From positions 4,882,066 through 4,946,065 of the forward strand of contig MU058221.1 of NCBI GenBank assembly GCA_013265495.1: 64,000 nt of DNA, written 5' to 3'. Numbering within the stretch: the first letter of the stretch is position 1; each line of letters opens with the position of its first letter. Below are positions 37,491 through 49,215 of this stretch, one piece after another. The stretch is from Vicugna vicugna. Lineage: Eukaryota. The notes beneath the pieces were generated by a model that did not search any database, was not told the origin of the DNA, and saw only the letters and a list, made by a program, of their open reading frames with translations. The translations under genes were made by a program, and so were the position numbers.

Positions 37491-37843
37491 CAAGGTAGTT
37501 TGATAATCTTAGAACGGTAGAGCAAGGGACTTGGGAACCCCAGCCCACTTACTGTAATGGCAAGGAACCTGAGGGACTGAACTATTTCAACTGAGGGGCA
37601 AATACTGACTGACTCTGAGGTCCTATAGAAACCTGAAATACTTGCTGACTCTCATGAAAGGTTAGGGTATATTCTCCACTTTCAGTGAATTTTAGTAGCA
37701 TTTCTAACATTTGAAACCTAGCACTTATCTCTGAGGTGTTACGTGCATCTTAACACCAGATTAACTAAAATGACCAGAGCACCGCATGTCCCTGCCACAG
37801 ATGAAATGCCAACTCAGTATCATGTTTAAAGATGTTCATTCTT

Positions 37844-38009
37844 TTTTTTTATTATTATAGTCGTTTTACAGTGTGTCAAATTCCAGTGTAGAGCACAATT
37901 TTTCAGTTATACATGTACATATATATATTCATTGTCACATTTTTTTTCACTGTGAGCTACCACAAGATCTTGTATATATTTCCCTGTGCTATACAATATA
38001 ATCTTTTTA
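37844..38009 (-). mobile_element. Camelid L1 3' tail, 5'-truncated
   Basis: TSD aaagatgttcattctt (37828-37843) / aaagatgtttattctt (38010-38025); 'gtgagctaccacaagatcttgtatatattt ccctgtgctatac'. Confidence 0.88.
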
Positions 38010-38551
38010 AAAGATGTTTATTCTTGAGTAGCTGGACAGCCGAGAGTAGCTGAAATGCAAGTTCAGATTATAGATACATCAGACTCAAACTAAGTGGAAA
38101 ATTATATCATGAAAGAAAATTAATTCCCGGTGGATTAGCATGTTAAGAGGTTAAAAAACTAAGACACTTAAAAAAGTTTTGAAAAAGATGTTAAAGTGTC
38201 TTGTAAAACCACAACAAGGGATAATGATGCAATAATAGACCAAAGGAACATCAGGGAGAACTCAAACAGGTTCAAGCACGTATAAAGGAAGGGATGGCTT
38301 GGAATGGGCGGCTGGAGCCCTACTTCATACTGAAGTCAAATATATCGACTGGATTAAAGATTTTCTTCCATCATTCTTTTTACACTTAAGAGAGGAATGA
38401 ATGCAAATTGCAGTAGAACAGTCAAACAGCACAAGTACAATGAAATTCTGTCTTGACCCTCTCCTTCCTCTCTCTCTGCCTCGCTCCAGTACATGCCATA
38501 CTCTCAGCTGTTTGGTGTGTGTCCTTCCAGGCTGGTTTGAACATGTACCTA

Positions 38552-39371
38552 CAGTGGACCCTCTGTGTCTGCAGGAGACTGATTCCGGGATCCCCCATTA
38601 TGGATTCCAAAATCCGAGGATGTCCGAGTCCCTTATATAAAATGGCATACGGGCATACCTCGCTTTATTGTGCTTTGCTGTACTGCACTTTGCAGATTTT
38701 TTACAAATTGGGTTTTTACAAATTGAAGGTTTGTGGCAACCCCGCTTTGAGCAAGTCTGTCTCTGCCATTGTTCCAAGAGCATCTGTTCACTTTGTGACT
38801 CAGTGTCCCATTTTGGTAATTCTAGCAATATTTCAAACTTTCTCATTACTGTATTTGTTATGGTGATGTGTGACCAGTGATCTTTGATGTTTCTATGCAG
38901 AAAGATTATAACTCCCTGAAGTCTCAAATGATGGTTAGCAATTTTTAACAATAAAGTATTTTTAATTAAGGTGCGTACATTGTTTCAGACATAATGTTAT
39001 TGCACACTTACTAGACTACAGTATAGTGTAAACACAGCTTTTATGTGCCCTGGGAAACAAAAAAAATTGTGTCGCTGGCTTTATTGTCATATTTGCTTTA
39101 TTTATTGGAACCAACCTGCAGTATCTCGGAGGCACGCCTGTAGTATGTGCGTATGAGCTATGTGCTGCCTCCCTCATACTTCACATCATCTAGGTTACTT
39201 CGAATACCTACTACAATGTAAATGCTATGCGAATAGCATTTGCCCAGTGTGTGGCAGGTTCAAGTTTAGCTTTTTGGAACTTTCTGGAATTTGTTTTTTC
39301 CCCGGAATACTTTTGATTTGCGGTGGGTTGAATCCAGAGATGTGGACCCCAAGGATATGGAAGGCCGACTG
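38552..39371 (+). mobile_element. MER2B-like Tigger MITE, split by a Tigger1-derived MITE
   Basis: ta|cagtggaccctc...aaaatccgaggatg..agtcccttatataaaatggca; resumes 'gtatgtgcgtat...tacaatgtaaatgctatg...ggatatggaaggccgactg|ta'. Confidence 0.88.
38650..39140 (+). mobile_element. Internally deleted Tigger1 derivative (Tigger1a_Art-like MITE)
   Basis: TA|cgggcatacctcgctttattg ... gtatctcggaggcacgcctg|TA; the left and right Tigger1 ends are joined without transposase. Confidence 0.92.
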
Positions 39372-40385
39372 TATACAGCAACTGTGTATTATTTTGTGTA
39401 ATTTTTTTTTAACACAAGGAGGATCATATTACTCATATTCAGCAACTTGTGTGTTTTTTCCCACTCAGGGTATCTCAGAGACCTTTCCAGATCAAGTACG
39501 TATGGGTCAACCTCATTCTTCTTAACTGCTCTGTTCCGTTCTATAGTAAGGATTACCTTGGAACCGTTCCCATGTTGATAAACGTTAAAAAAAAAAAAAT
39601 CCTTGTACTTGTCTCTGTGTGCCTACAAGTTAGTCTTTCTCTAGAATAGATTCCTAATGGCATATTTACTGGATCTAATGGTATGTATGCATCTTAAATT
39701 TTCATAAATTCTGCCAAAGTGCCATCTAAAAAAAAAAATGCTTTCTGTAAATGGACATGTGAATAGAGATGACACTTCCATTAACAGTATGGGAATGATT
39801 TTCCATACTCTCAACAGCGTCTTAAATTTAAACTAATTCAACAGGCAGAAATTATGCCTCATTTTTTGCGTTTTCTTTATAAGCAGAAAAAAAAATCTTT
39901 GTTCAAGGTATTAGTTTTTTTTTCTTTAATCTTTGCATAGAAAACCAGCTGGAAGTGAACAGGGTTGGGAGAACTTTCCGCTTCCTAAATTTGAGTCCTG
40001 TTTCAGGTTGTCTGAAGGTAATATGTGTATATTGACTTTGTAAATTGAAAAACAAGGATATTTTAAAAGCCAATATCAAACAAAGCCCCCCTTAAAGGTG
40101 GTTTACTTTTTCTGTCTCCCTCTCAGGGCAGAGCTGGCCTGGAGCTGAGGGCAGCAGGAAAGATGTGCATTAAAAGCCTTTGTTTTTTCCTGCAGCAGAG
40201 GCTGCACACCTCTGTAGGGGCCACTGTCAACCACAGGCTGAGTATTTCGAGTCTTGAAATGATGCATTCATGTAAGGACAGATTGTGTGTGCCTGTGCAT
40301 CCGGGGCGCTGGATATATTGACAGAAGAGGTTGGGAGCAGCAGACAGGAGTGTATGGAGTGTATGTCAGCTCCTGTCCTTTTATT

Positions 40386-40532
40386 TTTTCCCCTGGTTTG
40401 TTTTGTTTTGCTGGGGAGAGGTAATTAGGTGTATTTATTTAGTTAGTTATTTTAGTGGAGGTACTGGGGATTGAACATGGGACCTCATGCATGCTAAGCA
40501 TGCTCTGTACCACTGAGCTATACCCTTCCCCC
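40386..40532 (-). mobile_element. Vic-1-type SINE, long form
   Basis: 'gaggtaattagg...gtggaggtactggggattgaac...catgcatgctaagcatgc...ccactgagctataccc'; TSD gctcctgtccttt / gctcatgtccttt. Confidence 0.9.
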
Positions 40533-42049
40533 GGCTCATGTCCTTTATTCCATTTTTTCATATAATAATTTCCAAGTGGTTTTTCCAGCTCCTATGGGTT
40601 TTTAAAACAGTAGACTTCATGTAAAAATTAAACGGTATCACTTTAGTTGGAGGCTGGAAATGATAAGTCATTGATAAGGACAGTCATCCGCTTGGATGCT
40701 TCCTTTTCTTGGTTTGAAGTGCACAGCCAACCTTTTATTAATAATGACAAAGAAAGACAGTTCCAAGTGAAGGAAGGCACAGCCACCTGGGGGCATTAAC
40801 TTGCTCCTGTCGGGCTCCTGTCCTCTGCCCGGAGGGTTTGGGGCAGAGAGGCCCTGGTGGAAAATGAGGGCATGTGGCCTGAGGGTAAGCCGTCTGTTGG
40901 AATTGCTTCCACCTTGTGGGAAAGTTGGTGGCCTTTCTCGCACCTGCACAATACTGACTTGCCTTGTTGGTGGCCCTTTGTATCACTGAGACCTTGTGCG
41001 TTAGTTTTTGACCAGACAGGCTCTGCATTCCTCCCTGGCCCGGTGGGGCTGTGTGACCACAGAATGTGTCAATGGGTTAGCGGTTTTGTGCCAACTAAAG
41101 ATTCTGCTAGAAAACACTGAAGATGACAGTGCAAAAGTTACAAGAACAGTCATGGTTCTGTTTGCATTTTGGGGACCAAACAGGGATCCCCGCCACTTAC
41201 TGATTGACTGCCAAGTCCCGGGCTTCAGAATGGGTGCTCTTCAGAAGGCATCATTTCATGTAATGTTCTGGAAAATCAGTTCCAGAGCTTGTAATCCCAC
41301 AGCTAGCTTGAGGCAGGCACCGGACTGAGAGCAGGATTTGTGCTAAACCAGACCAGGCGAAGTCTTTAAACTGAGGTTCCTTCATCTCATTAAACTTGTT
41401 TTCAGGCTCTTTCCTGGGCCAGGCACTAATCGTGGTGCCGGGAATCCAGAGTTAATGCCTCCCTAGAGGGAGCTAATAGTTCAAGAAGGAGATCCTCTTT
41501 CATTTTATGCAAATTAAATTGTTGCATGTGTTGTAATTTTAGGAGGAGAAAATTAACCCCAGGAAACAAAAAATAAGAAATATTTTGCTCTAGTGAAAAA
41601 GAAAACCCAGCCTTCTAAGTAAGGATTTGTCTTTAAGACTACGCACATTGAATTCGGTTCCCTGAACCTGAATGTTGACTCCACTCTCCAGCCAGAAACG
41701 TCATTCTGAACAAGGAGGGGAAAGGTGGGAGGGGGGTGGATTCTTTGACCGAAAAATGTTTTAGCCACATTGACTCCTCACTCCAAGGTTTTCTCAGACA
41801 TTTAAGAAGTACCTTCGCTGAGGCAGAAACAAATGGGGGGTTTCAGCCCATATTTTGATAATGAATTTTAGTCCTCTTTTATGATTGGTGTGAGAACAGA
41901 CACTTCGAGTTGTCTATTCCCTGCTTCTATAAATCCTGTAAGCAGAGTCGACGCTTGACTGGCACTGATTGAATTCCAGGTCACCGCCCGTCTGTCTGCC
42001 TGATGTGGGTGGACGCCTTCTTGTCCTTCATGCCCGTGTCTTCCTCACT

Positions 42050-42420
42050 CACGTCCACCAAGCTCCTCCCATCCTGGACCGTCCTGACTGCGTCCCTTTC
42101 ACTCCACTCTGCACCTGGGCAACCCCCTCGGCCTCCGGGTCTCAGCTTACGTGCCACCTTCTTTGGGGAACCTCCCTGATCCCCTAACCTGAAATCGGTC
42201 CTGCGCTTTGCGTTCTCATAGCCCTCGCCTGTCCTTTTCAGGCGCTTATCTCAAACAGAGCTTTGTATTTTGTGTGCACACATCTGCCTGGGGTCTGTCC
42301 CTCCAGAAGCAAAAACCCACGTCTGTTTTGTGTCTGTCTCTCTCCCGTTACATAACATCCATCGTGGCGCCTAGATCATGTGGGTGGATGTTTGGGGAGG
42401 GCAGTGGATGGACTGATGGG
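42050..42420 (+). mobile_element. L2 relic
   Basis: 'gtctcagcttacgtgccaccttc.ttggggaacctccctgatcccc' and a terminal gatg/gaat-like repeat. Confidence 0.6.
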
Positions 42421-42823
42421 CAGATGATGGGGTCCTTCACTGGGTCCATTGACCTGGCAGGCACTTTCGAGGGACTGGGCATATAGCAATGAGGAAGAGG
42501 TTAGCTCTCAAGTTCTTCTGACTGGGGGTGGGGGGGAGACAGTGAGCACAGTGACACTGTGTGCCAGGTGTTGATGAGGAAAATAAAGCAGAGCAAGACG
42601 CGTGGAGAGGAAAGATGGCGATGCTGTTGAACGGTGGCGTCAGGACAGGCCTCACAGGGGCGACGCTTGAACAGAGACTTGGAGGAGGTGAGGGGCGAGC
42701 CATATCGAATTCCTCGTTGAAGAGCTAAATTCTTACCATTCCGTGTTCTCCAGGTGGCTTCTAGGTATGTGTTTGTCTTGTCACACACGCAGCTTTAGTT
42801 TTCCACGTGTCTGGAGCCGAATA

Positions 42824-43170
42824 TAGTTGGCCTTCCTCATCCGCAGGTTCCGAGCAGGGGATTTGACCAACTGCGGGTCGAAAATATTCGGGGGGGGGAG
42901 AAAGAATTCCAGAGAGCTCCAAAAAGCAAAACTTGAATTCACCGCACAGTGACAACTATTTGTGCTATTATTTGTGCTAAATATATATATATTATATATT
43001 TGTGCTATATACTATATATACTATATAATAGCACTGACGTTGTATTAGCTATTACAAGTCGTCTAGAGATGAATCAGAGTGTGCGAATACGCCGTTTCAT
43101 GTGAGGGACTTGAGCATCCATGGATTTTGGTTCTAAAACCAATCCTCTGTGGATACCAAGGGAGGAGCGC
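42824..43170 (-). mobile_element. MER2B-like Tigger MITE with an internal (TA)-rich expansion
   Basis: 'aaaaagcaaaacttgaatt...gtctagagatga...gagggacttgagcatccatggattttggt...ggataccaaggga'. Confidence 0.85.
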
Positions 43171-45636
43171 ACACAGAGTCCAGTGGACGGAGAGCCTTTG
43201 GAATGGTAGGATCTCCCTTTTTTGTGGAAGGGACAATTCCAGGAAGAAAAAAAAAAAGATGTTTATGGGCCACATTTTTGCTATCTTCAGTTCATTTTTT
43301 ATTATCTTGAGGAAGTGACTCATTATTAAAAGAAAGTTGAACTTTTTTCTTCTTCCCCTTGGGAATCAACACGAAATCAGTAAGAAGGCGACTCTGTCCA
43401 AGTAATCTGGGCCTGCAGGTTCGGCCCCATGTGTAATGTCATTGATTTCTTTTTCCTCCGTGTATTTTACGGATTTTACAGTAGTCATTGAAAAACAGGG
43501 GCAGATAGTTCTCTGAATCTAAAATGTACCACCGGGTGAACAGGTAAACAGGTGGTCTGGTTAGGAGAGCTTTTGCCAAGCGGGACAGGTGATGTGTGCA
43601 TCCAGGCTACCCAGGAGAGACCTGGGGCGTGAATAAGGAAGTCAGTCCCCAGGCAACAGCCCAAAGCAGGAGGGCGACTGGGGACCCCAGTGTAGGGCCC
43701 ACAAGTATAGCTTCTCCTTTTTTTGCGTGAGGCTCTGAGAAGCCAATGGCGCTGTTCTCTCTGGGCACATGAATGAGACGAGGAGACTTAGCTCCGTGCA
43801 TCCTCCGTGGTTGGGGGTGGGGGCTGCAGCGCCAGGAGTTGCTGGCCAGCCTGCTTCTTCTCCTGCCGTCTGCCCACTGCCTGTGCTCCCAAAGGGAGCT
43901 GCTTCAGCTCTGAATGTCCGGGTGGGCCTCTTGGGTCAGAGGAGGGAGCGGGGAGCTCCAGGGAAGATGCTCAGGGGCTTCAAAGCTGCAGAACCGTCAG
44001 GACAGTGATTCTCGAAGTGTGGTCCAGGGAACCCTGCTTCAGAATCATCCCAGCTGCTTGTTGAAATGCAGATTCCTGGGTCATCCCAAGGGGCAGAAGG
44101 TGTGGCCTCGAGATGGAAAGGCTGTCTCCAGGGCCGACACAGGGAGTAGGTAATGGAAGCAACGCCTTTGCACAGAAACCTACTGCTGCAGCTGTTGCAT
44201 TTCCGAATTATGGATGATTTCTTCCCCCAAATGTGTCCAATAGGTCCAGTCCTGCGGAGGCTACTTAGCAGACCTGGGTGGGGGCTCCAGACAGGAAAAC
44301 CAACAACGTTGACGGGTTGGGAAACCCACTTGCCTTCTTTGAAGGGATCTCCATTTGAGACATGAATGTCCCTTGTAAGAGAGGAGGCGTTTCAGTCTCC
44401 ATATACCTAAAATCCTGGAGAAGGCGAGAGTCTAGAAGGACCTGTCCTGGGTTGTGCCCGTGGAGACAGGACACAATCTTCACAGATCAGTGTTGATTCA
44501 ACATTACTTCTTGGATCCTAGCACTGTGTCAGACCTGGTGGGGGACCCTCCCAGCCGTGTGACCATTACTGCTTCCTTATGGTGATGTCAGCTCTGCCCC
44601 TCCCCTTGCCTCCTAGGAGGTCCCCCCTCCTGCCTGCCCCCTTCTCCACGCACGCTGAGTGTCCCCATCTCCCTTCTGGCTTCTCCCAGGAGCTGCCTGC
44701 CCTGCTGGGGAGGCTTTGGACCTACCCAGGCTGAGCCCTACAGGGTCTCCCCTAGGCAGGCATCTCCAGCGGTGCCTTGGAGTCGCTGCCAGGTAGACAA
44801 GACAGACGGGCCTTCTCCTTTGAGGAAATGACAAGTGCGGAGAGCTGGGGAGGGAGAGAAGGGTTACATGGGTGTGGCAGCCAAGACAGTAGATTGGAAG
44901 ACAATCATGGTTTGCTGATTGCCTACGTGGAAGCCCAAGAGGGTCCAGGGAAACCCACCATAAACCATGAGCCACAGCCGAGACACCCGGAGGAGTTTTC
45001 ACTGGGCCATGGAAGGAAGCATCCGGTGGCAATGTGGAGGGCTGGGTTCATCCAGGTTGGTCCTGACACCCTGTCCTTGTCTGCTGGGCCTCTTCGTTCC
45101 ATGGGGGTGACAGAGATGCATCAACAGGGCTCTGAACACCACCACTCTGGAGGGGTTGCCACAGGCCAGACAGGGCCCTGAACACGCACAACAGCCCTGT
45201 GAAGCGGTGAGCACGGTCAGCACCGAGCTCATCGCCCCCATCTGACAGGTGGGAGACTTGAGTGTGGAGAAGCGAGGAGACTGGCCCCAGGGGGCCACGC
45301 AAGGCTCCCCTCCACCCTGAGCTGCCTTTGGCCACACAGCACGAGGGGCCTGTCCCCCGAGACACTTTGCTTTTCCACTCTGGGACCCCCACCCCTGGAG
45401 ATTTAGCCAACATCACTGAACAAGCCTTTGTCTCCAGGGCAGTGTCCAGTCCTCGAGGCAGACGACGTAGCCCTGAGAGCTCTGAGAACTTAGGTGACCA
45501 GGGAGCCAAGTGCTTTATTATTTACTGAGAGCTTTTCGAACATAAACAGTTCCCTCATTCATTAATGTAAGAATTGATTTCCCTGCCTGGAACCACAGAG
45601 ATAGAGCGCATCGACCTTGATTTACAACTGCTCCGT

Positions 45637-45709
45637 GAGCTGGAAGGAGCTGGAGGGAGCTGGAGGGAGCTGGAGGGAGCTGGAGGGAGCTGGAGGGAGC
45701 TGGAGGGAG
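45637..45709. repeat. Minisatellite (GAGCTGGAGG) x about 7.3
   Basis: Six perfect 10-mers preceded by one variant (gagctggaag). Confidence 0.97.
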
Positions 45710-46167
45710 TGGGCATGGGGCTGCCACCACCGCCTGAGACTTTTAGTAAGAGACTCAATGCCTCTTAACCCTTCAGGGTCTTCCTTTGTTTAGAAAGAAT
45801 GAGGATTACATAAGCCGATATATAGAAGAATCTAGAACAAGTGTTGGCACATATTAGGGTTTCTAGACAGTCAGGCTCTCCCCTGTTCTCCCCAGAAGGA
45901 CGAGAGGCCGTGCAGGGTTTCACGAAACACGATGGCCTGTAAGACCTGCTCTCTGTCCTCGCTTAGCTTGTGATTTAGGGAAGGAGGGCTCTCTGCAACC
46001 ACAAACATCGGGACTCCAGGCCTGCAAGGAGAGACCCCACGGAGCGGTGCCGGCTCAGGGGTCGGAGGCGTTATTCCCGGCAGGCATGGCCTGTGCCCAC
46101 TGGCCCAGTCCCGTTTCAGACATGACTTGGGGCTGGTACGGAGATTTTGCAAAGCTTGAAATTGTCG

Positions 46168-46271
46168 GTGCTCGCTTTGGCAACACATATACTGAAATTC
46201 GAATGATACAGAGATCAGCGTGGTCCCTGCGCGAGGATGACACGCAAATGTGTGAAGCACCCCATGTTTTT
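46168..46271 (+). pseudogene. RNU6: U6 snRNA retro-pseudogene, full length and diverged
   Basis: gtgctcgctttggcaacacatatactgaaattcgaatgatacagag...gcgaggatgacacgcaaatgtgtgaagcaccccatgttttt aligns end to end with U6; several substitutions, a 3-nt deletion by the ACAGAGA box, no PSE/TATA upstream. Confidence 0.95.
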
Positions 46272-46458
46272 CTGTGTGTAAAATAGAGAAACAGCAAGGT
46301 CCTGCTGTAGAGCACAGGGAACTGTATCCAATACCTTGTAACAGCCTGTAATGAAAAAGACTATGAAAAGGAATATATGTGTATGACTGAATCACTCCAC
46401 AGTACACCAGAAATTGACACAACATTGTAAATCGACTGTACCTCAATGAAAAAAAGAA
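46272..46458 (+). mobile_element. L1 3' UTR tail fused directly to U6 (U6/L1 chimera)
   Basis: 'aacagcaaggtcctgctgtagagcacagggaactgtatccaatacc...cagaaattgacacaacattgtaaatcgactgtacctcaatgaaaaaaa'. Confidence 0.92.
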
Positions 46459-46724
46459 GGAAACTAGACAATTGGAGAAACTTGAAAAACATAACCTAAA
46501 ATAAACCAGCATTAAAAAAATAAATAAAATAAAAAATAAGCGTTCTGATCATCAGACAAGCAAAAAAAAATCATATAAAAACCCCAACTTCAAGCTTCTC
46601 TTGAAAAATCAGAGGTGTAGCAAGGCTGGGCTCAAATTCCTGCGGGGTGACAGTTGGCGGCCTCCCTCCCTCCCGGTTTCCACGCCCACTCCTCCTGCAG
46701 AGCTGTGTTTGGTTGGGGCCACAA

Positions 46725-46850
46725 GCAGGGCTGGGTTCAAACCCTGGCCCCACCACTTAGCATCGGCCATGACCTTGAGCAGGTTACCTGACCTCTCTGT
46801 ACATCCTGGCAGTGACGGTGCCTGCCGCACGGGATGATTATTATCATGGT
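46725..46850 (+). mobile_element. MIR SINE
   Basis: 'ctgggttcaaaccctggccccaccactta...tgaccttgagcaggttacctgacctctctg'. Confidence 0.8.
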
Positions 46851-48739
46851 TTCTGTTTATTATCACGACTACTCTCCGCCTGGCCCTGAGAAGTGTTCAC
46901 GTGTTTGACCCCTGGTTCCGAGAAAGGACGGCTCATTGCAATCTGAGGTCTTGATGTTTTTTTGAGTTGTCTTTTGAATTGAGTCTGAACTGGGAGAGGA
47001 AGGAGAGGATGCCGGGCCGGGGAACAGCAAGAGCCAAAGCTTGGAAGCAGGAATGTGCAGGCTGCTTTGAGTGGCTGCAGACCCACATACAGTCTTCCTT
47101 CCACTGCCACCGAGAGCTTTCTCACCTGCTCCCGTGTGACTTGCACAAGGTTTTGGGCCCAGGTGCTCCTCACACCTTCAGCCCCGAGGAAGGATGTGCT
47201 CACTCACAGGTTGGGTACAGGCATTCCTCCTTTGGATCCGAACACCACCCGCTGAGCAGGCTGTGGTGTCAGGGTCACCGTGCGGTCCAAACAGACTTAC
47301 AGGAAGGGTCTCCCGTGTCAGTTACCAGGTTAGGAAACAGACTGGCCTTTAGAAACCCCCAGGACTAGAACAGGACAAAACTTGTCTCTCAGCAGCAGAG
47401 AATGTTTGGCTCCAGGAGGAGTCCCAGAAGGGGCCGAGGTGGAAGGAGGGTGTGTCTGCTGAGACTGGAGCGCCCAGGAGACGCCTTGAATGGGAAGCCT
47501 CCAGTCTCCCCGTGTGCCGGGGGCAGGGGAGGGCTTTGAGGGCCGGGTGTGTGGATGGGCCCTGGCTCCTTTTTGGACCCGAGCGGCAGTGACAGAAGAC
47601 TGCACCGGGCTTGGAAACGCTGACCTTGAGAGTGGCCTGCATCTGTGTCAATTTTCAAGTTCTGAAATTTCCTAGGGGTCCTCATCACAGATCAGCAGAC
47701 ACAGGCCTACAAACCAAGAACACGCCACACTTCCCCTGTTCGTACCCCTTCGATCGTCTCTTGCATCTAGAAGTCATACCCCAAAATACCCTCTGTGGAG
47801 TCCCTTGCCCCGCTGTTTTATTTGGAAGGGAGCGTCACTGCATTTATGTGTCAGCCATAAACGCTTGGACAAGAGAATGAATTCCTGAGGATCCGCCACT
47901 TCCGGCTGGCAGCATTAGATCCCTTGGAGAGCCCTGTGTCCCAGTGTGCCAACAGATTTAGAATTTTAAAACAGTCATGGAAACAAACAGGTGCTGAGCG
48001 CAGCTAAAAATAACCACCCTGGGAAGGGAAGTTGGGGCGGCGCCAAGGAGTTAAGGTGAGCAGCAGTGCACTTCTGGGGGAGGTCAAGACTGCGGCGGAG
48101 AAAGCCAAGAAAGGAAAATCCTGCCCCTCCCTCCCGGTGCTTTGCTCAGGACGTCTTCCTGTTGTGCTGGCCTCTTTACATCATCTCCACCGCAACTTCT
48201 TGCAACCCCATGCCCACCCCCAGGCCTGGTGGCTTTCCTGCCTAGACTTCTGAGTGAAAGTCCCAACCCTGCAGGGAGCCCATGTGCGTGTGTGGCGAGT
48301 GGGCAGCCTCTTCATGCGCTGGTGGGAGGGCTCCTACTGGGGTGGTGAGAAGGGTGAGGGACAGCCCAAACCCAGAGGGCACTCGGAGCCCAGACATTCC
48401 AGCCGGTGTCATCCTGCTCCTCCCATGAAGAGCCCCGGCCACATCCTCCGTGCCCCGCTGCACTTCCTGTGGAGTGAAAGATGGTGGCTGTCAGCGGGTG
48501 AAGGATGAGGGTGACAAGTGGGGTAAACACAGCTTGTTACTACCAGATTCAGTTACTGGCAGTGCTCGAAGACAGATGGCCAGGGGCTTGTTTGCCCCTT
48601 GAGGACAGGGCATCTTAGGCGCCATGAGCAGGGTCCTGGGAAGAGGAATTGCAAATGCCACGGGATTGCCTTACAGAGCAAAGCTGGTGTAGCGGACAGG
48701 ACTGTAATGCAATGTCAAGTTTTCATTCTTGGTAGTTTT

Positions 48740-48872
48740 GGTTTTGATTTTTTCATTGAAATATAGTTGATTTACAATGTTGTGTGAGTTTCTGGTGTAC
48801 AGCATAATGATTCAGTTATACATATATAAATATATGTTCTTTTTCATATTCTTTTTCATTATGGGTTATTGG
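48740..48872 (-). mobile_element. Artiodactyl/camelid L1 3' tail
   Basis: 'attgaaatatagttgatttacaatgttgtgt.agtttctggtgtacagca.a.tgattcagttatacat'; TSD cattcttggtagtttt (48724-48739) / cattgttggtagtttt (48873-48888). Confidence 0.9.
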
Positions 48873-48949
48873 CATTGTTGGTAGTTTTTACTTGGGAGCG
48901 TGGGTTTCACCCTGAGAATAACCCAAACTGCTCAAAAGGTGTATCTTTA

Positions 48950-49215
48950 CACCAGAGACACGCTCTATGATTCCATTTGCTCAGAAAGAGGCAAAAATGT
49001 CTGACGATGAAGATCAGAATAGTGGCTACTTTAGAGGCAAAGGAGTAATGCCTGGGAGGGGACATATGAGAAACTTCTAGAATGGGTTCTAGAATGTTCC
49101 ATATCTTGATCTACTGTTGGTTACAGGGGTTTATACATATGTAAAAATTAATTGGTCTGTACATTGAAGATGTGTGCTCATCATTGTGTGTACGTTATCT
49201 CAAAAAATTTAAAAT
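48950..49215 (+). mobile_element. L1ME-like 3' UTR
   Basis: 'tatgattccatt...aggcaaaa...atcagaatagtggctac...aatgttccatatcttgatct...ggttacaggggt.tatacat.tgtaaaaatt'. Confidence 0.75.

Larger units (their letters stand above)
38400..39880 (-). mobile_element. L1ME4-like relic split by a MER2B/Tigger1a nest
   Basis: 'tttggtgtgtgtccttccag' on the left; 'ggatcatatta..catattc.gcaacttg...ttcccactca...agacctttcca' and 'agaatagattcctaa' on the right. Confidence 0.55.

Noticed and set aside
40780..40800. CTCF-like motif (cagccacctgggggcatt)
   Set aside because: Single imperfect motif match; not supportable from sequence alone
45637..45709. CRISPR-like or switch-region interpretation of the tandem repeat
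   Set aside because: No spacers, eukaryotic context, only 73 bp
46168..46271. Functional U6 gene
   Set aside because: Diverged, 3-nt deletion beside the ACAGAGA box, fused to L1, no PSE/TATA promoter
45871..46512. 213-aa ORF on the - strand
   Set aside because: Antisense read-through of the U6/L1 chimera and its flank
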